A stretch of 64,000 nucleotides of DNA from a bacterium (GTDB taxonomy: Bacteria > Hinthialibacterota > Hinthialibacteria > Hinthialibacterales > Hinthialibacteraceae), in contig CAXXMV010000006.1 of assembly GCA_963662285.2 (NCBI GenBank), positions 1,312,001 to 1,376,000 of the forward strand, given 5' to 3'. The notes under the pieces were generated by a model. It was not told the DNA's origin. It did not search any database and saw only the letters and a list, made by a program, of their open reading frames with translations. Made by a program: the position numbers and the translations under genes. Every line of letters begins with the position of its first letter. The first letter of the stretch is position 1. This document shows, one piece after another, positions 50,054 to 58,040 of the stretch.

Positions 50054-50058
50054 TGATT

Positions 50059-51180
50059 TCAATAATTTTTTTGGGAGGATGACTTGGCGTCGTCTAACTT
50101 CGGAACAACCAGTTCTTTCTTCGGAGAGTGTTGAAATTCCTGTAGTGGTTCGCCCGTTTCCGCATCCCATAGAATAACTCTATCTGTACATGCCGTCAAA
50201 ATCCATTCCCCGTCATGAGAAAAACAGGCGTCTGTCATATGAGACGGACTGTTGAATGCGCGGATTGTTTTTCCATCACTTGTTCGACTTAGTAGAGCGG
50301 AATTATCAATGGCTGACGATAGGATTAATTTGCCATCTGGTGAGTATTGAATGCTATTGATGAAGCCTTTGTGGTTTCCCAATTTATGAATAGATTGGCC
50401 CGTTTGAGTGTTCCAAAGAGTAATGGTTTTGTCTAATCCTCCAGTCGCCGCCCGGGTTCCATCCGGGGAAAGGGCGACCGCCTGGATGTAGTTCTCGTGC
50501 CCTCCAACATCAAATGACTGAATCTTTTCGCCTGTCATTACATCCCACAAAACGGCCAGGGCTGGATGACCGGTTATCAGTTTTTTGCTGTCAGATGAGA
50601 AATCGCATGAATAATTCCATCTTCTTTGGCCGTCATTGACAGATAGGGTTTGCAATAGTTTCCCATCACGTGCGCTCCATATTTTCGTGGTCATATCGTG
50701 GCTGGATGAAGCGACGCGCGTTCCGTCGGGAGAATAATCTACGCACCAAATCCATTGTGAATGACCTTTTAACTTATGAATTGTTTTTCCTGATTGGCGT
50801 TTCCATATTCTCGCTTCAAAGTCCTTGCTGCCAGTGACGATGTATTGTCCTGAAGGAGAAATGTCTACGGAGAAGATGCCGCTGCGATGCCCCAACAGGG
50901 TCATTTCCACTTCGCCGGATTCAATATTCCAGATTTTGGCCGTGCCGTCCTCGCTGGCCGTTACGATCCATTTTTTATCGGGGGAAATAACGGCTGAGTT
51001 AATTTGTTTTTTATGACCCCTGTGTGTTTCTTTTTGTTGTATTGCGCGGGCGTCTTGGGATGAATACTTGTCTTTGAGTGAATCTTTGTTAGGAAAGGTT
51101 TGTCCATAACTGGGGGGGATTAAATTTAAAAGGATGCAAGATAAAAAGACGCTGGCTGAGAAATAATATAGTTTTTGCAT
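50059..51180 (-). CDS. Secreted WD40-repeat beta-propeller protein
   Basis: Signal peptide; about seven GH...SPDG...T.S.D.T.KIW repeats. Confidence 0.92.
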   Translation of the reverse strand: MQKLYYFSASVFLSCILLNLIPPSYGQTFPNKDSLKDKYSSQDARAIQQKETHRGHKKQINSAVISPDKKWIVTASEDGTAKIWNIESGEVEMTLLGHRSGIFSVDISPSGQYIVTGSKDFEARIWKRQSGKTIHKLKGHSQWIWCVDYSPDGTRVASSSHDMTTKIWSARDGKLLQTLSVNDGQRRWNYSCDFSSDSKKLITGHPALAVLWDVMTGEKIQSFDVGGHENYIQAVALSPDGTRAATGGLDKTITLWNTQTGQSIHKLGNHKGFINSIQYSPDGKLILSSAIDNSALLSRTSDGKTIRAFNSPSHMTDACFSHDGEWILTACTDRVILWDAETGEPLQEFQHSPKKELVVPKLDDAKSSSQKNY

Positions 51181-51364
51181 GAATAACTCCCATTCTGATT
51201 AAAGTGGTGAGATTGAAGATTTATACTAGCAGACGCTCAAATGTATTTCAACATCAAGATGCAACATAAATAGCCCATCAAAGTTAGATTGATAGAATTT
51301 TAATTTATAGAGTGAATGCTTGATCCAACCTTATTTTTTACAATCGCTATAGCATAAAATTCTA

Positions 51365-51409
51365 AAGAAATCTTAACAATCATTGAACTTCGCTTGACAT
51401 TGTTAATAT
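51365..51409 (+). repeat. 45-bp direct repeat, copy 2 (contains TTGACA)
   Basis: AAGAAATCTTAACAATCATTGAACTTCGCTTGACATTGTTAATAT; TTGACA at 51394-51399, about 70 bp before the next start codon. Confidence 0.85.
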
Positions 51410-51467
51410 CGTGTAGAAGATCATTATATTGGTTATTCATTTTTACAAATTAATAGGGAGACAGAGC

Positions 51468-52616
51468 ATGAATCAATCATCAATTTCTCGTCGGGGATTT
51501 TTACGTTCAACCGCATTGGCATCTACCTTAAGCCTTACCGCATCTTCCACCGTTCTGGGCGCAAACGATGAAATCGTATTGGGCATGATCGGTACGGGGG
51601 GGCGGGGCCAGCGTCTGCTGCGTGCTATTACTAATATAAAAGGATACCGCGTTGCCGCGTTGTGCGATCTGGTTCCAGAACGTTCTCAAAAAGCGGCTGA
51701 AATTTGCGAGCAATATAAACCTGGACCCAAGCAGTATACTGATTTCCGAAAAATGCTGGCCAACGAAAAACTGGACGCCTGTCTGGTAGTCACCGAAGAA
51801 GGCAATCACGCCAAATGCGTCATTCCCGTCCTGGAAGCGGGGCTGCATTGCTTCAGTGAAAAACCCATTGACACCACAGTCGCCAAAGTTGATCGCGTGG
51901 TTAAAGCAGCGCGTAAAGCTAAAGGCATCTATCAGGTTGGTTATCAGCGCCGTTACCTCAAGGGCTTCCAGGATGCTATGGCTGATATCCATTCAGGCGA
52001 ACTGGGTGATGTAACATTCATGCAAGGCGAATGGCATTGGAATTACGGCGTTGGCGGGCGTTATCTGGATATGGATTTCGCGGGATGCTGGTTCCTGGCT
52101 CAGGCCTGCCATCATGCAGATGTGATGGCTTGGGTAATGCAAAACAAGCCGCCGCTGGCCTGCTCCGCTATGGGCGCCAGAACGCAGGATAATCAGAATC
52201 CGCCGGCTCATTGCGCCGAAGATCATTCGTCTTTGATCTTTCAGTTCCCCGGCAATGTCAATTTTACCTATACTCACTTGATGAATTGCTGCGATCCATT
52301 CACTGGAGAAAAACTTTGGGTGCACACCCAAAAAGGCGGCATTGATCTTCCCGGAGGAATATTGTATCCCAGACCTAATATGGGCGAGGAAAAACGTTAC
52401 GCGCCGAAGAATACTGATTGGGACAAGGGAACCTATGAAGAACTCGAAGCCTTTGGTCAGCATATCCGCAATGGCGAGCAAGCATTGAGTAATGCAGAAA
52501 CCGCGCGCGTCGGAACGCTAATGGGCATACTGGGCGGTATGGCTATGTATAACGAGTCGACCAACAAGTTCGGCATGTCGCGCGCCGGATGGAGTGATCT
52601 TGGGTCAGTCATCTAA
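51468..52616 (+). CDS. Tat-exported Gfo/Idh/MocA oxidoreductase
   Basis: SRRGFL Tat motif, IGTGGRG, SEKP, QVGYQRR, QACHHAD; start 51468 with GGGAG RBS. Confidence 0.92.
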   Translation: MNQSSISRRGFLRSTALASTLSLTASSTVLGANDEIVLGMIGTGGRGQRLLRAITNIKGYRVAALCDLVPERSQKAAEICEQYKPGPKQYTDFRKMLANEKLDACLVVTEEGNHAKCVIPVLEAGLHCFSEKPIDTTVAKVDRVVKAARKAKGIYQVGYQRRYLKGFQDAMADIHSGELGDVTFMQGEWHWNYGVGGRYLDMDFAGCWFLAQACHHADVMAWVMQNKPPLACSAMGARTQDNQNPPAHCAEDHSSLIFQFPGNVNFTYTHLMNCCDPFTGEKLWVHTQKGGIDLPGGILYPRPNMGEEKRYAPKNTDWDKGTYEELEAFGQHIRNGEQALSNAETARVGTLMGILGGMAMYNESTNKFGMSRAGWSDLGSVI

Positions 52617-52666
52617 TTGATAAACTGCATAACGCTTTGTCGAATCTATAACGCATGGAAAGAAAA

Positions 52667-52702
52667 TCCCCTCTCCCGCCGGGAGTGGGAAAGGGTGAGG
52701 GG
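52667..52702 (+). repeat. REP-like element of the CCCCTCTCCC...GGGAG.GGG...GGGTGAGGG type
   Basis: TCCCCTCTCCCGCCGGGAGTGGGAAAGGGTGAGGGG between the two oxidoreductase paralogs. Confidence 0.65.
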
Positions 52703-52741
52703 AATTATCAATACGCTTTCTTGTGCAATGGAGAGATTGTA

Positions 52742-53893
52742 ATGATTGGAAAAAAAGGATTATCAAGAAGATCGTTTTTAGCGACCACGGCCAGCGCTTC
52801 AGCATTAGCGATTGGCGCTCCGCAAAAAGTCTTGGGCGCAAATGATGAAGTTGTTTTAGGAATTATCGGAACCGGGGGCAGGGGTCAGAGTCTGCTTAAA
52901 CGCATCACAAACATCCCTAATATCCGCATCGCCGCTATTTGCGATAAACGTGAAGAGCGCCGTACTCAAGCGGCGGAAATTTGTGAAGGCTACAAGCCAG
53001 CGCCAAAACTATATTCCGACTTCGAAAAGTTGTTAGATCAAGAAAAACTCGACGGCTGCATCGTGGCCACCGAAGTGGGCAACCACGCGAAATGCGTCAT
53101 TCCCGTGCTCGAATCAGGGATAAACTGCTTCAGCGAAAAGCCGATGGATTGCACCGTCGAAAAAGTTGACGCTATCGTCAAAGCCGCCCGTAGAGCCAAA
53201 GGCTTCTACCAGGTCGGCTTCCAGCGCCGCTATGCTCCAGCCTTTTTAAGCGGGGTGGGTAAGATTCATGAAGGCGCTATCGGTGATATTACTTTCATGC
53301 AGGGTTGCTGGCATTGGTCATGGTCGGTCGGCGGCTGGGTGGCCAATGTTGAAATGTCGGGCGGCGAGATCGTCGAACAGGCCTGCCATCACATGGACGT
53401 CATGAATTGGGTTATGCGCGGCCAACGGCCTATGAAATGCGTCGCCATGGGACACATGGCCGGGCAGCGCGGCGAGTATTTCCGGCATAATACCGAAGAC
53501 CAGTCGGCTGTGACCTTTTATTATCCCACCGGCGCTATCTTCTCTTACACTCATCTCTTCTATTTGGCTGAACATTTCCAGGAAGAAAGACTGCTGGTTC
53601 ATGGCAAGACTGGCGGCGTCGATCTGCGCACCGGAATGCTATATCCCCGTCCGGGGCTGGGTGAAGCACAGCAGATCGCTGAAAAGGTCCCCGACTGGGA
53701 TTACGGCACCTCCGAAGAACTCGAAGCCTTCGCTGATCAGATCCGCAATAACAAAAAACCACTCAGCAACCAGGAGACTGGTCGAGTCTCTACTCTTATG
53801 TCTCTAATGGCGCGTAAGGCGATGTATAAGATGCGAACCCATGAATTTGAACCTTCAGTTGTATCCTGGGAGGATTTGCGAACTATGTCTTAA
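52742..53893 (+). CDS. Tat-exported Gfo/Idh/MocA oxidoreductase, tandem paralog
   Basis: SRRSFL, VLGANDE, IGTGGRG, GNHAKCVIPVLE shared with the upstream gene; start 52742 with GGAGAG RBS. Confidence 0.92.
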   Translation: MIGKKGLSRRSFLATTASASALAIGAPQKVLGANDEVVLGIIGTGGRGQSLLKRITNIPNIRIAAICDKREERRTQAAEICEGYKPAPKLYSDFEKLLDQEKLDGCIVATEVGNHAKCVIPVLESGINCFSEKPMDCTVEKVDAIVKAARRAKGFYQVGFQRRYAPAFLSGVGKIHEGAIGDITFMQGCWHWSWSVGGWVANVEMSGGEIVEQACHHMDVMNWVMRGQRPMKCVAMGHMAGQRGEYFRHNTEDQSAVTFYYPTGAIFSYTHLFYLAEHFQEERLLVHGKTGGVDLRTGMLYPRPGLGEAQQIAEKVPDWDYGTSEELEAFADQIRNNKKPLSNQETGRVSTLMSLMARKAMYKMRTHEFEPSVVSWEDLRTMS

Positions 53894-53922
53894 ATGACTA
53901 ATACAATGTAATGAATTTTGAC

Positions 53923-53952
53923 AAGCGCCAAACACTGTTTTGGCGCTTTTGT
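53923..53952 (+). terminator. Intrinsic terminator
   Basis: AAGCGCCAAA-cactgt-TTTGGCGCTT followed by a T-rich tail. Confidence 0.75.
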
Positions 53953-54213
53953 TGTAAATTTGTTCATTGATATAACGTATTTGTTAGATTTCCATTAGGA
54001 TTATGTTAGAAATATTGATATTTATGAGATAATCTTCCATGTATACACTATTATTATCTTGAACGGTATAATGAATACTGTATTATTATAATAACATCAT
54101 GACATTTCGTAGGTTTGGCGATTATATATCTAATAACTATACATAATGTAATGATAATTAAATAATTCTTTATTTTCTTATTTAGGAAATGAACAATTAT
54201 TCATGGAGGAATT

Positions 54214-54840
54214 ATGTCAAAGCAGAAAGCTTTTACTCTCATCGAATTGCTTATTGTAGTTGCTATTATCGGTATTTTGGCTGCTATCGCCGTCCCTAAC
54301 TTTCTCAATGCGCAAATCCGCGCAAAGGTTGCCAGAGTAGAGTCGGATCATAAATCCCTTTCTACGGCGCTTGGCGCCTATCAGATCGATTATAACTCGT
54401 TCCCCGGTGATCATGACCTTGATCAATATATGGGTCCAGGTGGTCAGGATGGTCTTTTCCACCTCACTACGCCAGTCTCATATATGTCGTCGCTTCCCGC
54501 TGATCCATTTGTTGAGAAAAAACTTAAAGGCACGCTTGGCTTGGGCAATAGTAATGCCTATGCTGCTCTTGGACGTCCAGATTATGAAATGGGCAGCGGA
54601 GCTGATAATGCGCCAGGATACAGAAAACAGTGCTATAGTCTAATGAGCTATGGGCCGGATTATGATGATGATAACTCCAGTCATGATTCCTTCCCCTATA
54701 ATACGGATCATGACCGCTATAATCCCACTAATGGAATCCGTTCGGATGGCAACATTTTCCGTTTCGGCGGCGACTATTCATCAGGATGTCTAATCATGGA
54801 TTGGGGTTCATCACGAATTGGTGGTGGATGTGGCAATTAA
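54214..54840 (+). CDS. Prepilin-type N-terminal cleavage/methylation protein (GspG/PulG-like pseudopilin)
   Basis: KA|FTLIELLIVVAIIGILAAIAVPNF; LTTPVSYM, SYGPD, YNPTNG..SDGNIFR; GGAGG RBS. Confidence 0.88.
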   Translation: MSKQKAFTLIELLIVVAIIGILAAIAVPNFLNAQIRAKVARVESDHKSLSTALGAYQIDYNSFPGDHDLDQYMGPGGQDGLFHLTTPVSYMSSLPADPFVEKKLKGTLGLGNSNAYAALGRPDYEMGSGADNAPGYRKQCYSLMSYGPDYDDDNSSHDSFPYNTDHDRYNPTNGIRSDGNIFRFGGDYSSGCLIMDWGSSRIGGGCGN

Positions 54841-55039
54841 ACACAAAACGTCTGATCTGGTATTTTGTTCATAGTAATAATATCATATTTTATACTTGCA
54901 TATTTTATACTTGATTTTTTTATGGGGTGCCTTTTAATTAATAAGTCACCCCATTAATTTATTCGGAAAGGAGATAAAACTTTTTATTTGTATTGGCATT
55001 GGGAAATAAAATATTAGTTATTGAAAGGACAAACAAATA

Positions 55040-56845
55040 ATGAAGCGATTAAGTGTTTTGATTTTCGTAATCAGTCTATTTACTATGCCTGTTATGTCTC
55101 AAGTTTTATTGGAAGAAAATTTTGATAATGCGGCTATAGATGGCGTCTTTATCAATGTAGTTGATAACAATACAGGCCAGGATATTACACAACCTCAACA
55201 GTTTCAAGTAATCCAACCTGAAGGTTGGACAATTACAGCGGAAATCGATCCTGCAGACGTTAGCGCAGAAGGCGTATTTGATGGATTTTCCGCCGATTTT
55301 CCTTATCCTGCTTGGTCGGCTCTCTTTTATGAAGGTGAATGGGACAATGGAGGCGGCGACCGTAATCTAGAGAAGCCTTTCTTGGATGGCATCATGGTTT
55401 CAGATTCCGACCGGTTCGGCAACCTCGCCTATCGCACCTGGTTGAATAGTCCGTCGGTTGATTTCAGCGGATCTTCGATCATTATTGAATTCGATAACCA
55501 TTACCGACATAACGATAACCAGGTTGCTCAGTTGGATATCAGCTGGGATGGCGGCGCAACCTATACGCAAATCTTTTCCTGGGATGATACTAACCACAAT
55601 GATAATGAGAGTTATGTAGGTCATGAAACCTTTGCTGTTGTCACCCCGGAAGGCGCCAGCAGTTTCACTCTGCGCTTCTTCTTCGGAGGAGATAGCGACC
55701 AACGCGGCTTTACTGATTTCGATTGGTATTGGGCCTTTGATAATCTTCTAGTACGCGCTGGCGGCGATGCCGGCGCCCCTGCTGTTCCGGCTTTAAGCAT
55801 CTCAATAATTGATCCTAACGCTTTTTCAGGTATTGTTTTGACTAGTTCTGCATTCTCTGGCAGTGCGGATCATGTTAAATCCGAATGGCAGGTTGCATTG
55901 GATGAAGCATTCGAGAATTTAATATTTGCATCTGGAGAGACGGAAGGAAATCTTGTATCTATCGAAATACCCAGTGATGCTCTTCCTGTTGGACAGATGA
56001 TTTATGCGCGGGTTCGCCATCTGGATTCTAATGGCTTTGCTTCTGCATTTTCAGCGGCAGCTCAAACTTCTACTCCTGTTCCTGCGGGAATCAGCATAAT
56101 TGAAATTGAAGATTTTGAATCAACTGATGAATGGTCTTTACCAGAAGGCTGGAAAGAAATCAATTTCAATGATCCACTAACTGGCGATGCAAATGAAGAT
56201 AATTTCGCTACTTGGTCTGTAGTTACTGAAGACACTATGGCTTCTATCGGCGGCGACCGCGTTAATGTTCCTGTTTATGAAGGCAAATCCGTGTTTGTCG
56301 ATGCTGATGCTTTCAATCCATTCCAGGATGCTCATCTGTTTTCCAAACGTTATGATCTTACTGGCGTTACAAACGTTTGGCTCACTTTCGGCAGCAACTA
56401 TGTTCAGAACCAGGATAACATCGGCGCTTTGGAATACAGCGTTGATGGCGGTGATCTGAGCAATGACCGTACTCCAACTGGAACATGGCTGCCCTTGCTT
56501 TACTATCTCGATACAGAAGACATCACCTATAACGAAGATGGTACTCCTAATGCAGCGGAAACTTTCCGTGATGATAATGTAGCTGATGGTACGGCATTCG
56601 CATATAACTATTGGGTATTTGCTACTCCTATCGAAGATATGGGACCCTATATCGCCAATGGATATAATGATAATAAAACCGCTAACAAATCATTCCTTAA
56701 ATTCCGCCTCGAAGCAGCTGACGAACAATCCAATGTTGTTATTCGTTGGTCGAATATGGGAACCGATAGTTGGTTCTGGGGAGTGGATAATGTGACTATT
56801 TGGGGAACATCTGATACTGGCGTTTCGGAATGGTCGCTTTATTAA
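55040..56845 (+). CDS. Secreted acidic protein with two related beta-sandwich (MAM/cleaved-adhesin-like) domains around an Ig/Fn3-like domain
   Basis: Signal peptide; duplicated E.F....PEGW, GGDR.N and W.W..DN motifs; ends TGVSEWSLY. Confidence 0.7.
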   Translation: MKRLSVLIFVISLFTMPVMSQVLLEENFDNAAIDGVFINVVDNNTGQDITQPQQFQVIQPEGWTITAEIDPADVSAEGVFDGFSADFPYPAWSALFYEGEWDNGGGDRNLEKPFLDGIMVSDSDRFGNLAYRTWLNSPSVDFSGSSIIIEFDNHYRHNDNQVAQLDISWDGGATYTQIFSWDDTNHNDNESYVGHETFAVVTPEGASSFTLRFFFGGDSDQRGFTDFDWYWAFDNLLVRAGGDAGAPAVPALSISIIDPNAFSGIVLTSSAFSGSADHVKSEWQVALDEAFENLIFASGETEGNLVSIEIPSDALPVGQMIYARVRHLDSNGFASAFSAAAQTSTPVPAGISIIEIEDFESTDEWSLPEGWKEINFNDPLTGDANEDNFATWSVVTEDTMASIGGDRVNVPVYEGKSVFVDADAFNPFQDAHLFSKRYDLTGVTNVWLTFGSNYVQNQDNIGALEYSVDGGDLSNDRTPTGTWLPLLYYLDTEDITYNEDGTPNAAETFRDDNVADGTAFAYNYWVFATPIEDMGPYIANGYNDNKTANKSFLKFRLEAADEQSNVVIRWSNMGTDSWFWGVDNVTIWGTSDTGVSEWSLY

Positions 56846-56888
56846 TCTTTTAGCAGTTGCTTAGATAGTTAGTTATATAAGATAATTT

Positions 56889-56929
56889 AAGGGAGAGCAT
56901 CCATTATGGGTACTCTCCCTTTTTCTTTT
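56889..56929 (+). terminator. Intrinsic terminator
   Basis: AAGGGAGAG...CTCTCCCTT stem followed by TTTCTTTT. Confidence 0.8.
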
Positions 56930-56970
56930 CTGTTAATCTACAAATTTTTTCTAAAAACAGTGGTTGATAT

Positions 56971-57462
56971 CAACCCTCTCCTAACCTCTCCCAATCTTGG
57001 GAGAGGCATGTTTGTTCACAGTGTTTCTTACAACTAAGATCAAACAATACAACTGGCGACATCTCCAAAATTCCTCTCCCCCAAGTCTGATCTTTACCCC
57101 AAAATATCAATATGAGAGATTATAAGAAATACTATTAACTGAAGATAGGATAATCACGGGTGCCAAGGGCAGTGTATTTTCTGCCCTTGATTGAGTTTAC
57201 CTCTTTTATTCCAATCATTTGTATCAACGTTTTACTCAATAAATTGAATTATGATAAACGTTCAATTATTAATAGTTAGACTAAAATTAGAGTAAAAACG
57301 TGAATATCATAGAAATTTTTCCGTTTTTCAATAGTTATCTTTCAATGGCAGAAAGGACGCTGCCCTTGGCACCCGTATTGATCTCTTCATAGCCATTAAT
57401 AATAACAAAACTTTTGGGGAAAGATCAGCCCCCAAGTTGGGGGAGAATTCAAGAGGGGGTTG
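56971..57462. repeat. Inverted REP-like pair (REPIN-like), right copy interrupted by a MITE
   Basis: Left CAACCCTCTCCTAACCTCTCCCAATCTTGGGAGAGG; right, once the insert is removed, CTCCCCCAAGTTGGGGGAGAATTCAAGAGGGGGTTG. Confidence 0.65.
57087..57428. mobile_element. 342-bp non-autonomous MITE, IS4-family-like ends
   Basis: TIRs CTGATCTTTACCCCAAAA / TTTTGGGGAAAGATCAG (one indel); exact 9-bp target duplication CCCCCAAGT at 57078-57086 and 57429-57437; internal 35-bp inverted repeat 57156-57190 / 57342-57376; no transposase. Confidence 0.85.
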
Positions 57463-57577
57463 TTAACTACAACCTTTGATTACCAAATCGTCGTTAGAGC
57501 GGTTAAAAAACTCATTGACGAACGTTATTATGAGAATCGCTCTAAATTCCCCCAAAGCAAAAAAATAAAAAAAACTC

Positions 57578-57616
57578 TTGACACTGTAATCGTCTACGAC
57601 TATAGTCATAGACGAT
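57578..57616 (+). promoter_or_regulatory. Sigma70 promoter of the blaI-like operon with overlapping palindromic operator
   Basis: TTGACA (57578)-17 bp-TATAGT (57601); 28-bp palindrome ATCGTCTACGACTATAGTCATAGACGAT (57589-57616, one mismatched pair) covers the -10. Confidence 0.85.
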
Positions 57617-57641
57617 CCAGCAAAGGCGAAGGTGAATTTGC

Positions 57642-58040
57642 ATGAAGAAATTATCAACTGATCCATTAACTCCGGCTGAATGGAGCGTTATGAAAATTGT
57701 GTGGCAGCTCGGCGAAGGCGCGTCACGCGAGGTTCATGCCGCGCTTCAGAAACAATATGGTTGGGCCAATACCACAGTCAAAACTCTGCTTGGTAAATTG
57801 GTGCAAAAAGGTTTTTTATCAGTTACCCAAGATGGCAATAGATACATATATAGCGCTACAGAATCATCCATGGGATTGACGACCAAGGCCGCCGATGTCT
57901 TTTTAGAAAAAAGCATGGACGACGAGGTCGGGCAGTTGCTTTGTTATATGGTTAATAAGGTGGATTTATCCACAGAAGATATTGAAGAACTGGAATCGGT
58001 TCTTAAGCAATACAAAAAGAGGAAGGGTGGGGAATCATGA
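57642..58040 (+). CDS. BlaI/MecI/CopY-family repressor
   Basis: LTPAEWSVMKIVW, WANTTVKTLL.KLVQKG, RYIY; ATGA overlap with the next gene. Confidence 0.93.
   Translation: MKKLSTDPLTPAEWSVMKIVWQLGEGASREVHAALQKQYGWANTTVKTLLGKLVQKGFLSVTQDGNRYIYSATESSMGLTTKAADVFLEKSMDDEVGQLLCYMVNKVDLSTEDIEELESVLKQYKKRKGGES

Noticed and set aside
52655-52741. N-terminal extension MERKSPLPPGVGKGEG on the second oxidoreductase
   Set aside because: It is the translated REP-like element; ATG 52742 has an RBS and gives a proper Tat leader.
57460-57666. Short ORFs on both strands upstream of blaI
   Set aside because: They overlap the repeat end, promoter and operator and show no coding features.
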